A DNA stretch of 64,000 nt, taken from Camelus ferus. Taxonomy: Eukaryota. The notes under the pieces were generated by a model. That model worked only from the letters and a program-made list of their open reading frames with translations. It made no database searches and had not been told where the DNA came from. Positions 25,546 through 38,219 of this stretch are shown in pieces (position 1 is the first letter of the stretch; the number at the start of each line of letters is the position of its first letter). Made by a program: the position numbers and the translations under genes. The DNA lies in contig NC_045697.1 of the NCBI RefSeq assembly GCF_009834535.1, positions 97,776,001-97,840,000 of the forward strand. The letters run 5' to 3'.

Positions 25546-25974
25546 ACTAAAATTACTTTAAAAACTCTTCTGTCATTCCCCTTAACATACCATTGTGAGA
25601 CTGTTCCTCTTCTATGAGTGCTGTTAGAACAACACACAAAAAATTCTGGAGTATATAAATCAGCAAACAGGAAGTAAATACTTGGTCACTTAAAATCTGA
25701 CATAATCATATGCACAATGTTCATTCAAAGTATTCATATAGGCATTTAATAAGGGGAATTGCTATTTTATTTACACATTTTGTTTGTTGCATTTGTGGAA
25801 CAACAAAATTACAAGTGTGATAGTAATTCTCCATGTTAATCATCTCGAAGAATACTTCCTATTAAAAATCTCTGCAATTTCTGTAATTCTCATTTTTCAC
25901 CTTATATTTTAGTTGTATTAGTTATGCTTATTAAAATGTAATTTTATGTCTGTTGAATCTAATAGCAAATAAGT

Positions 25975-26309
25975 GGGGGAAGGGAAGGAGAGTGTAAATA
26001 TAAAAGGACAGCACAGGGATCCCCATGGTGATGCAACTTTCCTGTATCTTGACTATGACGATAAATAAATAAACCTATATGTTAGAAATCTGAATAGAAC
26101 TAAATACACATACACACAAGTTCATGTAGAACTGGTGAAATCTGAGTAAGGTTGCCAGATGATACCCATGTCAACTTGCTGATTGTGGTATCATAGTCCA
26201 CTACTGCAAGATGTTACCGCTGGGGCAAACTGGGTGAAGGGCACTCTGCATTCTCTTACTACTGCATGTGAATCTGCATTTATCTCAAAATTCAAAAAAA
26301 AAAAAAAAA
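25975..26309 (+). mobile_element. L1MD-like 3' end with poly(A)
   Basis: ctgcaagatgttaccgctggggcaaactgggtgaagggcac...actgcatgtgaatctgcatttatctcaaaattc(A)n. Confidence 0.85.
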
Positions 26310-26960
26310 GTCTTTTTATAAGTACTTTAGAAACAAAAGTAATTCAGAAAACTAACATGAGGGGAGAGGTCTGAGAGATTCATGAACACAAAGAGGTATC
26401 AATTCCCAGCCAGATTCCAATTATGCTACATACTTCCAGCTTAGACTCCCTGCAATTCAGCAGTCGTGTGAGAATCCAGTCTTGAGCCGCTGCAAAGTGT
26501 CAGAAAACATCCTATTCCTGAGCAAACTCTTTGGTTAAAGACAACCTGATCACCACAAATCAAAACATTAGTATTAAAAGTGTCTTTGCCATTTTATTCT
26601 TCATAAGCATCTGCCTTGTCTTCCAGTTTGGAGCAACACTTGATTTGCATTGTTACCTGTGTGATTTGATGTACCTTATGTTCAAGCACTATCATTCTGC
26701 TTTCTTGATGAGTGAAGTGCCTTTGATAAATTATTTGTAACATCTGTAATAAGGCCCTTAAAGTTTTATTAATCAAGTAAAGAATGTCTTATTTCTAGTA
26801 GTAAGAAAATACTTTGTTAAAATAATGTCATAAATTAAAGTATTCTTAAATGGAAAAGCGTTGTGAGAGTGAATCATAGTTTCCTATCTTTTCTTATAAA
26901 TAAGTTATAGAAGTACCATTTAATTTACATTGGGTAGCAAATTTAACGAATGAAACAGTA

Positions 26961-26963
<3 letters not shown>

Positions 26964-27002
<39 letters not shown>
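26964..27002. repeat. (CA)n microsatellite
   Basis: Direct reading. Confidence 0.97.
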
Positions 27003-27006
<4 letters not shown>

Positions 27007-27140
27007 TTTCCTGAATTTTGACCTGAATGAAAAAGCCCACGTAACAAGATATAATTGTAGGTTTGGATGTCTTAGTTTTTATATCAATTTCATTGAAGTG
27101 ATTTCAGCTTTATCAATAGATACGTACAGAATTTTTTTTT

Positions 27141-27670
27141 TAGTGGCAACAATGTCTTTGACACTTCTCTTACTTAGAGATGGGGTCTAAGCTCTCCACT
27201 TGAATCTGTTTAGATTTGTGACTATTTTGACTAGTAGCACACAGAGAGAGTGAAATTATTTAATTTCCAGGGCTAGGTCATAAAAGAAATGCAGCTTCCA
27301 ACCTACCCATGGGGCCACTCACAGTGGTGCTCTGAGCCACCCTATAAGAAATTCAACTACCCTAAAGCCACCATCCTATGAGCCACCAGTAAGGAGAGGC
27401 TGTGTGCAGGCTCTCTAGTTGACTGCTCCAGCTGAACTCCCAGCCAACAGTCAGCATCAGCTGCCTGTCACCTGAGAGAGTCATGTTGGATGCTCAACCC
27501 AGTCAAGCCTAAAAATACCTACAGCCACAGCCAACAGCTGGACCCCTTCCAAATTCCTGGCTTACAAGACTATGATCAACAAGAAAAAAAAAAAAAAGGT
27601 TATTTTCATTCACTCGTTTATAATTCAGCAGTTTTGAAAGTAATTTGTTATTTAGTTCAGTAAGTATAGA
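27141..27670 (+). mobile_element. MaLR LTR (MLT1G/H-like)
   Basis: ctttgacacttctc...agatggggtcta...gggctaggtcataaaag...cccagccaacagtcagcatcagctgcc...aaattcctg. Confidence 0.82.
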
Positions 27671-30004
27671 AAGAATGATAATCAATTAGACAGATGAGAA
27701 AGTAAAATATATAAAGCATGATGAAATCAATTATTTTCACTTGAGCAACGAAGAGTTTTATTATCAGGATCTGCAGTATGAATTTTATTCATTGCAATCC
27801 AAGAGCAAGATCAGTTGCACTTGGTTGTAGGATTCAGCATCCCATCTTCCAAATAAGGTTAAAAATTCAAAACAGGTTAAAAACAAAATATAATAAGGAT
27901 GAGTCTTAAAAGTTACCAAGGGAACTCTTTATGCACTGAGTTGAAAAATTAAAATACAAAGTTCAAGTTGAAAAGTATGACTGTTAAGTCTTCACTTCCC
28001 CTTGATTTCTTCAATACAGACAGAACTCCATTCCTAAAATAGCCACATTAACCTGCAGCTCGGCTGGAAATTATCAAGTAATCAACCCCAGATCCCACAT
28101 GCCTGTCCAGAATCTTGGGCCATAACCCAAATCTGTAAATATATTTTGGCACCAAGTCTGAGATCAAGAAACTTTAGCTAGTCTGAGATCTTAATTCCAA
28201 TCTCTTTATTTTTATTATAAATCAGTTTGTAATCCCTAGAAAGTACAGAAATAAATACAAAAATAAGGGAAAAAATCAGAACAGTATTAATAGCTTTGTA
28301 TTAAACTTAGCAATATGTTTTCTAACTATGGTGATCATTCTGTCATTTAAACATTTGAGATACTTTTAAAAATCTGATATATTTGAAGACCTACCATAGT
28401 AAGGCTTTGGATTTAATTTTAAATGTTTAGGTTTTCAAACCATGCTTGGAAAAAAAAATTAGACATTAATTTGTGAGCTTAAGTGCATTGGTAGATTTGT
28501 AAATTTATCTTTTTGGTATTCAAAGTCTTGAGATTAAAATATAGTAAATTTGTGACTATAGTTTGAAATATATTTATAAATGTAATCAACTATGTAAATG
28601 ATGTAATACATTAAAGAAGATTTTAACCTGTAAAATAACTGAATTAATTTAATAATGATCAAGGAATTAATAACTTTTAATATTTTTACAAAACCTATCA
28701 GATTCGTAAATTAGAAGCAAAACTTATGTTACACTTAAACTTGATAAAAGTAGTTCTTAAAATCTGTAGTTTTAATAAGTCAATTATTAATTTAAACGTG
28801 AGTGATGCAAATAGTCATTTTACATACTAAAATTCCAATTAGACACTAATAATTGAATTTCCATTGCTTTAGTATATATCCATAAAAAATACAAAGGTAA
28901 ATATCATTTTTATAAATAACTTGAAGCCAAATTATTACTTATGCTTTGATAATCTTATGAGGCCTGGAACCTGGTTTATTGATTGAGGACTTTAATGAAC
29001 ACACCCTAATGTGAAGAAATGAAAACCCTGAGATACAGTAAGTTCACTGGCTACATAGTGAATGCTTTATATATCAGAGGTCACTTAAAACTAAACACTG
29101 GGCTGAAGGTATTTTGGAACAAAAAAGCATGTGTGCTTGGGCTACAAATTCATATGAAAGATGCCTTACAAATTTTCCATGAAGTTATTTCACAGGAAAT
29201 AACGTTCCTCCACTTGGGGAAAAAAGGCCAGGTTCCCTACCACCTCTCTCCGTAGAGTGGGCTCCCTCGAGTTCATTCTTTCACTGAAGGTACCCCCTTT
29301 GGCCCTTATGACATGCTTTCCAGCCAATATCCTATGTTGGGTGGGGCTCGATTTTGCCTCCTACAACTGTCACCTCATGTGGCTGTCAAAACAGAAGTGT
29401 AAGGTGATCAGAGATGGTAGAGTCTCTCATCTCACCCTGTTCATCTCCCTAGATCCCTACATTCTATTTATTTTTCATCTTAAAGGAGTTTCCGTACATT
29501 CATACAAGGTCTGAAATGCAATTAAAATAGAATTTTAAAATACTGACCACTATATTTCCACTGTATTCTTAAGATAAACAATTTGAAAACAATTTAGGTA
29601 TCACCACATTCCAACTCCAAAATTATAATTCTTCAAGCTGGGAAATTGGAAGCACATACTATCAAAAAATGCAGAAGCCAGTTTATCTGAATTATTCAGC
29701 CCAAATCTCTGCTTATAAATCAATTAAGAATATCTCTAACTCAGGCAAAAATTTTACTCTTTTTTGAAATTACAAGGGCAATATGTTAAAATGGAAAAAC
29801 TTTAGCAGGAGGATGTGGTTGATATTTGTCATTACTTCTCTAGTTTCTTGGCTATGAGACCTTGGCAGGTCACCCAAACTTTTAGGGACTCAGTGATTTC
29901 ATTAAACATATAGAATTAATTTATTAGCACCCTGAGGCCAGGAAACAAGATGGAGGATTGATGGAAATCTTTTTCAAGATTTAGGTCAATAATCTGTCAT
30001 AGTA

Positions 30005-30100
30005 ATTTTTTCTTTCTTTCTTTCCTTTCTTTCCTTTCCTTCTTTCCTCCTTCCTTCCTTCCTTCCTTCCCTCCTTCCTTCCTTCCTTCCTTCCTTTCTT
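30005..30100. repeat. (TTTC)n/(CTTC)n polypyrimidine microsatellite
   Basis: Direct reading. Confidence 0.95.
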
Positions 30101-30507
30101 ACTGTCCTCCGCCACCTACCACACACCCCACCATGTATCCTTTCAAGTGAGCGGTAGTGTCTTAATCTGCATGCTCTATCTTCTAAGACACATTTCAGTC
30201 TAGAAAGGAATAAGTGTACATTTAAAACACTGATTCTTTCTGGAAAATGGCTGAGCTAAAGTCCCATGTAGAGATGAAGTTAAAGTTGATTTCAGTCACT
30301 AAAATTGATGTCAGCTATCCACTAATCAAGGGGAAAAAAGAACCAAAATTTACAACAGATTTCAAAGCTCAAGAATTATGCCCCAAAGTTCTTAGGATCT
30401 TCTTGGTCTCCAGAGTTTAAGAACATACATTACAATCAGTTCTTCTGCAAAATGGAGTCATAATCTTGGACCTTTTACAGCTAGCTTTCCAAATGGAAAG
30501 CCCTGGT

Positions 30508-30557
30508 TATTATTAGCTGCTTGAGTAGTGTATATTATTAGCTGTTTAAGTAGAGTA
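30508..30557. repeat. Tandem duplication, 2 x 25 bp
   Basis: tattattagctgcttgagtagtgta / tattattagctgtttaagtagagta. Confidence 0.85.
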
Positions 30558-31497
30558 TATTTCATTGACTTCTCAATCCATTATACAGAATAATTTTTGC
30601 TTAGCCAAAAATGATTTTTATAGTGTGTTTTTTAAAAATCCTAATTATAAAGGAATATGCAGTGACTGCTTATAGCTACAGTTCTGGCTCATGATTTATT
30701 TTACAAGTCTTTCCTCACAGTTCTTTGCTAAAGACATTCTGTGTGTTTTATTACAAGTTTTTTCCATTGCATCATGCTCTCAGGGGGATGGTGTGCCTAT
30801 ATTTTATTTTACTCCTGCCATTAATTACCTGTGGGCCTGTATCATGTCTCCCTCAGACCCATTTATTATAATGGTGCCTGCTGATGTCCCTGTAGCTAGC
30901 AGTCTGTCAGCATTTCCATTAGAAACCCCATTTCACAGGGGCTTAAAATTCAGCTGTAAAATTGTGCTCTGGGCTGTACATGTTTAGAGTACATGATATG
31001 AGCTATGAAGCTCTTTATTTTTAGCTCTAAAAAGACAAATTTGGAAAAAAGCTATTTCAAAACTGATGAGCATGTAGGTCTTCATTTTCACGATAAAAAT
31101 AAACGTTTTTTTTCCCCCTAAAACCAATGTAGTTCCACAAAAATGTTTGCAGGTGTGTTTTATTCTTTTCAAAATGGAAACATACTTGTGTGTAGTTTAC
31201 AGGAAATTCAATAAATCTAGGTGATAGTTATGTTTTCACATTTCTTTGTTTCTTCATTTTAATTCCACTAAAATACATATGACTCCTAATTTGTAAAAGA
31301 ATTTTGATTTATTCATTGAAAACAATATAAAACTGATCTAAAATGCTTTAAGAGTTTGCTATAGAGTTACTCACTGGACAGTATTCAAATATGAATGTTA
31401 TTTGCCATGAGAAACACTTTGGAGTTCAGAAATCATAAGTTTCTAAAAAATTATCACCCCAAGAGAAACTAAAATTACTGGTATCTTGGGTATATCA

Positions 31498-31692
31498 GTA
31501 GGATTACCGGATAAAATACAAGACACTCAGTTAAATGTTAATTTTGAATTTTAAAAAACAAAAATTTTTAGTATAAGCATATCCAAAATATTGCATGGAA
31601 CATACTTATACTAAAAAGAGGTATTTGTTGATTATCTAAGATTCTAATTTAACAGGTGTCTTATACTTTCATTAGCAAAATTCAGCAACCAT
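31498..31692. mobile_element. MER3 (hAT-Charlie) non-autonomous DNA transposon
   Basis: Palindromic body: ggattaccggataaaataca...tttttagtataagcatatccaaaatattgcatggaacatacttatactaaaaa...aaattcagcaacc. Confidence 0.88.
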
Positions 31693-32862
31693 AAATATTA
31701 GTGATTATTTTTCCTATTCTTCTAACCTAAAACTAGAATTCAATGTCATAGAACATCTGAGGAATAAAAGAATGAGAAAATAATCTTGGATTTGTTAAAA
31801 CATTGCCTAGGCTATAGAAACACTTCTTCAAAGAGTAAGTTTATTGTTAGGAAATAGTAAGTTCTTGTGGGTGGGAGTCAAAATGGAATTACATGACAAA
31901 AAAAGAAGAAAAGAGAATTATGTTTAATGGAAAGAGATTCCCTAAAGGATGAAAACTGAGTTACTTGAACACAAAGACACTAAAGGAAAAAAATACAGTG
32001 ACAATAGTTAATAAGACATTTCCAGATGTACCATACCCCTTGTAGATGCTATCATAAATATTTGACTTACTTCTGAAGTACACGTCTACTACTAAATACC
32101 TTTTAAGTACATTTATTTGATTCATAATAAAATTAACACAGAAAAAAAGACAATATTAAAAATAAATTTCATATTAAAAATAAATTTCAAACTATTTGAC
32201 CCATTTACATAACCAAAAATTGTCTTTAACCTGCTGGGGAATTTCTGAGAAACGATTAGGCAAAGGGTTTGGATGATTTGTGTTGACAAAGCAATTACTA
32301 AGGATGAAGAGAGTCAGTCGTAAAACAGTGTCTTACTAAACATCCACCGATTATATGCCTAACAAAATAATCACATAAAATATCATAACACAAAATAGGA
32401 TGAATAACTTACAAGAAAAAGACATTTTATAGATAGTTAAATGAACCATAATAGCAGAAAACATAAAAACTCTCCAAAAACCTATTAAAACATAGATGAA
32501 TTCATGAAGTGGTTTTTTTTTTTTTTTTTCTGAATGTGAATTTATGTGAAGGGCAAAAAGAAAATAAAGTCATATGTATAAGAAAAGCATTACTATGAAA
32601 CACTGTTCAGTGAATATGAATGAATGAGTCAAAATAAGACAAATTCTATGCTTATAAGAACTTAAAACAGCTGGAGCTATAAGACATACATTACTCAAAA
32701 GTGTATCTCACCATATATTTTCTGTCACAAGATGGTTGATTTTGGTTGGTTTTCAAATTGCTTTTGAGAATGCTTTCTTTGCTGGCAAATACTATTGAAT
32801 TTTTTCAACTACCACTGAATATCCTCACTTAACAACAAAGCCTCATTTTAAGGGTAGATTTG

Positions 32863-33925
32863 AATTTTTATTGTGGTAACATACACATGATATAAAATTT
32901 ACCATTCTAAACAGTTTAACTGGCATTTTAAGTGGAATTAAATATATTCACAATGTTGTGTAAACATCACATCGACTTCAGGAACTTACCATCCCAAACA
33001 GAAGCTCCATACTCATTTAAATAATAAGTCCTCTCCCCATTTTCCCCTCCTCCTGGCCTCTGGTAACTACTTTACTTTCTGTTTCTGTGAATTTGCCTAT
33101 TCCGGGACCACATGTAAGTGGAATCGTACAATATTTGTCCTTTCACATCTGGTTAATTTCATTTAAAGTGTTTTCCAGGTTTACACATGTACCAGAATTT
33201 TTATTTTTTGTGGCTGAGTAATATCCCATTGTATGTATATATTACTTTTTAAAATCAGTTCATCTGTTGCTGAAGTTTTGGGTTGCTTTCACCTTTTACT
33301 TATTATGAATAATGCTGCTATGAATGCTGGTGTACAAATATCTATTTGAGTCTCTGCTTTCAATTCTTTTGGGTATATACCAAGGATGAAATTACTGAAT
33401 CATATAGTAATTTATGTTAGATTTTGAAGATCTGCCAAGTTGTTTTACACAGTGACTGAACCATTTTACATTCCTACTGGAAGTCTATGAGGTTCCAATT
33501 TCTTCACATCTATGCCAACACTTGTTATTTTCTGGCTTTTGGTTGGTTGTTTATAGCCATCCTAATGAATGTGAAGAGCTATCTCATTGTGGTTTTGATT
33601 TTCATTACCTTAATAACTGATGATGTTAAGCATCTTTTCTTGTGCTTGGCCATTTGTGTATTTTCTTTGGGAAAAAAAAATGTCTATTTAAATCTTTTGC
33701 CCATTTTTTAATTAAGTTATTAGTTTTTGTTGCTAAGTTGTAGGAGTTCTTTATGTATCCTGGATATTAATCCTTTATCAGATAAATGGCTTGCAAATGT
33801 TCTCTTCCATTCTGTGTCTTTTCACTGTCTTGATAATGCCCTTTGATATACAAAATTTTTCAGTTCTGATAAAGCCCAATTTACCTATTTTTTTCTTTTG
33901 TTGCCTATGCTTCCAGCATCATAAT
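32863..33925 (-). mobile_element. L1MB-like 3' end and ORF2 C-terminus, antisense
   Basis: tttttattgtggtaacatacacatgatataaaatttaccatt...aataatgctgctatgaat...tatctcattgtggttttgatt. Confidence 0.88.
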
Positions 33926-34009
33926 AGACTTGATTCTTTTAGATATTGTCTTATGTTAGTGTACTTAATGACTCTCCAACCAGATAATTTTTTCTCAATA
34001 AAAAATTGA

Positions 34010-35408
34010 GAGTTTTCCTTAACTAATGGCGTATCAGCCTATCTAGCACTAAACTTCCCGAAAATAACAATGAAAAGCCTAGAAGAAAAGTAAAAAGATA
34101 ACTGCTGAAAGTTATGGGAGAGTGTACAAAATGTAGCAGAAATGAGGGGATGTGGCTCATAAGAGAAATGAAAATCCTACTGATTGAGATCCAGAACATG
34201 AAAGCACTGCCCAGTTCGTATAGTACTTGGAGGAGAGAGCTAAATCTCAGAAGGTTGAGATGTTGTCAAAAGGTGAATATTGATGCTTATAGAATGGAGA
34301 ATCGCAATGGGTAATCTCAGAAAGGAGTAATCCTGCATATAAATTCCCCTCAAACCTTTAGCTGATTCTTAATCTGTGTATGCACAGAAAGATATTCTCA
34401 AGAATCCAAAGAAACAAACATCTGGAAGCTAAAGAGCTAAATAGAGATTTTCAGCAGCTGCCCAATACCTAGGACACAGTCCGTAGATCCCACCAAGTCC
34501 AACCAAGTTAGGGAAGCTTGAAAAACAGTTACCCCAGAAAAGGCACACATTCAGAATAAGGAAAATAGCCAAGGAATCAGGGTCACCCACTATGTTAAGG
34601 TCCAAAACTGAAATTTGCCTGTTGTTCTAATAAACCCTACAATCAAGCTTCCACCAGAGCAAGGTGATTAGTAATGTAATTGTCTGATAGTGCAAAGTTC
34701 AATTTTCTTTAGAAAAAATACATAATCTGGAGTCTCACAGCATATCATCCAGAGTTACCAGTGGTAGATCAAATTTTAGTTATACAAAGAAGGAAGAAAA
34801 TACAATCCATAATCAAGAGAAGCTGATCTGAAGAGGATCTTGATATTGGAATTAGCAATGTTATTTAATAACTATTATAAATACATTTAAAATGTCCAGA
34901 AAAAGGTAAATATAATCAAACAATGAAGAATTTCAGAAGAGTTACAGCAGCCTTGTAATTAGACTCTGCAAAGGAAAAGATCACTGACCTGTAGACATGT
35001 AAACAGAAACTATCCAAATTTAAGCACATAGAGAAATAATAATAATTATTTATCATAATAATATAATAAATACAGTTATAATGATTGCATATAACTTACT
35101 GACCCATGGGACTGTAACATGTAGTCTGACATTCATGTAGTTAGAATTCCAGAAACAATGGAGCAAAACTACTTAAGAAATAATAACCAAAGATGTCTAA
35201 ATTTGATGCAAAACAACTGCCTTCAGCTCCAAGAATCTCAGTGAACAACAAGAAGGACAAAGAAAGGAATACACACCTAGATACATCATAATCAAACTGC
35301 TAGAAACCAAATATAAAAAGACAAATTTAAAAGAAGCCCAAGAAAAAGCTCATTCCATATGTAGGATTAACAATAAGAATGAAGACTAATTTCTCATCAG
35401 AAACAAGG
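34010..35408 (+). mobile_element. Old L1M 5' UTR/ORF1 fragment
   Basis: ORF1-like acacctagatacatcataatcaaactgctagaaaccaaa...aacaataagaatgaagactaatttctcatcagaaacaa. Confidence 0.7.
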
Positions 35409-35409
35409 G

Positions 35410-35630
35410 ACTCTGATCTTTTCTGCCTCTTTCTTCCACTTTTAAGAACTCTTGGGATTTCATTGGACCCACCTGGATAATATGAATAATCTCTCTATAT
35501 GCTGTTTAGCAACATTAATTCATCTGCAACATCAATTATTTTTTGCTGTGTAACGTAACACAGTCATAGGTCACAGGATCTGGACATTGGTAACTTCTAG
35601 AAGATGGAGGGGGCAGTATTCTGTCCCTTT
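35410..35630 (-). mobile_element. MLT1C/D-like LTR fragment
   Basis: ctgcctctttcttccacttttaagaactcttgggatttcattggacccacctggataat...gtaacgtaacacagtcataggt. Confidence 0.8.
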
Positions 35631-35637
35631 AACTTTC

Positions 35638-36090
35638 TGTGATGGGCCATTTTATGTGTCAACCTGACTGGGCCATTGGGTACCCAGAAGTAACTGGTCA
35701 AACATTATTCTGGTGTGTCTGTGAAGGTGTTTATGGGTGAGATTAATATTTGAATTGGTAGTCTGACTAAAGCTGACTGTTCTCCCTAATGTGGGTCGGC
35801 CTTATCAGTTGAAGACCTGAACAGAACAAAAATACTGAGTAAGAAGAAACTCCTCTTGCCTGACTGCTTGATCTAGGACACCGGTCTTCTCTGGCTTTCG
35901 GACTTGGACTGGAACATTGGCTCTTTTTGGGTCTTCAGCCTGTTGGCTGTTGGACTGGGACTTAGACCACTAGCTCTCCTGGTTCTCAGGCCTTCAGGCT
36001 TGGAATGGAATTACATACCAGCAATCCTGGGTGCAGATCTCGGGACTTCTCAGTCTCTATAATTATGTGAACCAATTTTTTATCATGAAT
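35638..36090 (+). mobile_element. MLT2B-like ERV-L LTR (3' end missing)
   Basis: tgtgatgggccattttatgtgtcaacctgactgggcca...ctccctaatgtgggt...gggacttctcagtctctataattatgtgaaccaatt. Confidence 0.9.
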
Positions 36091-36091
36091 A

Positions 36092-36154
36092 CATGTTGAC
36101 CCTTGAACAATGAGGGGTTAGGGGTGCTCACTCTCTGTGTAGTAAAAAATCTGC
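36092..36154. mobile_element. Tigger2-like terminal fragment (TcMar)
   Basis: TA followed by catgttgacccttgaacaatgaggggttaggggtgc, matching the Tigger2 TIR cagttgacccttgaacaa. Confidence 0.75.
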
Positions 36155-36159
36155 CTTGA

Positions 36160-36725
36160 GCGTCTTTTGTTGAGAATCTTTTCATGTGTTCATTGGCCAT
36201 AGATATATTATGTTGGAAGAAATAGCTTTTCAAATGCTTTGCTCATTTTAATTGGATTATTTGACTTTTTATTATTGAATAGAAAGCATTCTGTATATAA
36301 TCTGCATAGAAGTTCCTTATCACGTATACGATTTGCACATATTTTTTTCCCATTCTATGTGTTGTGTTTTCACTTTCTTGACTGTGTCCTTTGAAGGACA
36401 AAAATTTTTAATTTTGATGAAGTAGAATTAATCCATTTTTCTCTTCATTGCTTCTGTTTTCAGTTTCATATCATATAAACCATTACTAATCCAGAATCAC
36501 AAATCTACTCCTATGCTCTCCTTTAAGCTTTAGAGTTTTAACTAATATATTTAGGTCTGTAGTCTATTTTGAGTTGATTTTTGTATGTGGTGTGAAGAAT
36601 GGGTCCAGCTTCTCTTTTTCATAGGACTAGCCAGTTGTTCCAGTACCACTGATGGAAAGACTACTCTTTCCTCCACTGAATTTTCATGGCACACTTTGAA
36701 CTGACAGTAAATGTAAGGGTATTCC
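36160..36725 (-). mobile_element. Old L1 ORF2 fragment, antisense
   Basis: ttttcatgtgttcattggccat...tattttgagttgatttttgtatgtggtgtga...ccagttgttccagtacca. Confidence 0.85.
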
Positions 36726-36729
36726 CAGT

Positions 36730-37190
36730 CAGCCATGCCTGAAATGCAGTCTCTGCCTGTGTGTTAGGGATTGGTGGAAGACAGGGGCCCAAACCTACTG
36801 ACTGCATGCACCTGCTATTTATCCTCTGCAACACAGAGGTGAAAGACATGTTGGCCATCTTCCCCTCTTCAGGAAGTACTGTAGTTCTTGACTTGGACAG
36901 GGCAGGAAGAGGTATCCTCAACCTCTTTGCACTTCTGTTCAGGATGGAGCTTCCATCCCACTAAACTGGGGGCATTGGTGGAGGGAAAAATAGGTTGTAG
37001 CTCAAGTGCTACAGACACTCACTATTCTTGCAAGATTTAGTTGATTTTTTAAAATAAGTAAATATTCATTTGTTGTACGCCCTTAGGACAACTTTCAGAG
37101 ACACTGTATGGTTGTTTTTAACATAATTTTCTCCATGTAGTTGTTTCACTGGAGAGCAATCCACAGAGCTCCTTATGTGGCCATTCCAAA
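36730..37190 (-). mobile_element. Old L1M 5' UTR fragment, antisense
   Basis: ggttgtagctcaagtgctacagacactcac...cccttaggacaactttcagagac...ccacagagctccttatgtggccattcc. Confidence 0.6.
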
Positions 37191-37464
37191 AGGCCAATAC
37201 ATTGTGTGTGATGTATTTGTTTCATGTGACCTCTTACTATTCTACCCAAATGTCTATAATATGCTTCTAAAAAAAAAAAAAAAAACTAGAAATAAATTAT
37301 AAGACATAAACCCCAAGTCATTTTTAATTTTAATAAAATGAGGCTTTTCTGAATAATAACTGAGTAAATGATAGAATCACATAGAAATGAGATTTCTTGG
37401 AAAGTAATAAAAGTAACACTACATTAAACATATAGGATTTAATGAAACCAGCACTTAGGGATTG

Positions 37465-37890
37465 TTTCTGTTAGGATTATTTTCATCTGTAATTGACAGA
37501 ACCTCTATAACAAGTACTTTAAACAAAATGGAATTTTCTCTTTCCCATTAAAGAAAAAATACTGAAAACAAGAAATCCAAAATTAGTAAATCAACTTGAG
37601 GGTAATCAGTATCCTTCCAGCTTGCTGTTCCAATATGTTTGTTCTAGCATCAGCTACCACATTTTTGCTTTGCAGAAAATGAATGAGTAAAAAATCGAGA
37701 AGAAAGGCAATGGTTTCCTTTAAAGACATGACCCAGAAATTGCATGTGCTGTTCCCACTTGAACAGCAAGTTGTAAGGATAGCTGAAAAAATGTTGCCTT
37801 TATTCTAAGCTATATATACTCAATTAATATTCAAGGATCTATCACTGAGGAAAAAAAGGACAGCTATTGGGGAAAACTGATGTACTCTCA
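37465..37890 (-). mobile_element. MLT1J-like LTR, inserted in very old L1 ORF2 debris (about 37330-38210)
   Basis: gttaggattattttcatctgtaattgacagaacc...tttcctttaaagacatgacccagaaattgca...ctattggggaaaact. Confidence 0.7.
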
Positions 37891-38219
37891 TGTGAATATA
37901 ACTGTATTTATTTAATCAGAAAAAAAGTAATTGAATAACTAACAAATTAAAAAACAAAGGCAAGAATAATAAAGATTAGAATTAAAGTAATAAATAATAA
38001 TTTATAAGGAAAACTATATCCAAAAGGAGTATTAAAATGCTGAAATCCACTGGGGGAAAAAGCACCATCAGAAAACATCAAAGTAACATTATATTGAATA
38101 AAAGTAATATTAAAAGATAATGTTTGTTATATCCTAATAATATGAAAATTCTTAGTGAATTATATGACTTCTAGAAAAACATAAAACTCCGAAATTATTT
38201 TAAAAAAAGAAGCATTTCC

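Noticed and set aside
32153..32188. 2 x 18-bp tandem duplication (similar short ones near 62676 and 15080)
   Set aside because: Ordinary slippage duplications; no spacer array or CRISPR-like structure.
36995..37020. gtagctcaagtg resembling a tRNA/vic-1 A box
   Set aside because: No B box or cloverleaf; lies within an antisense L1 5' UTR.
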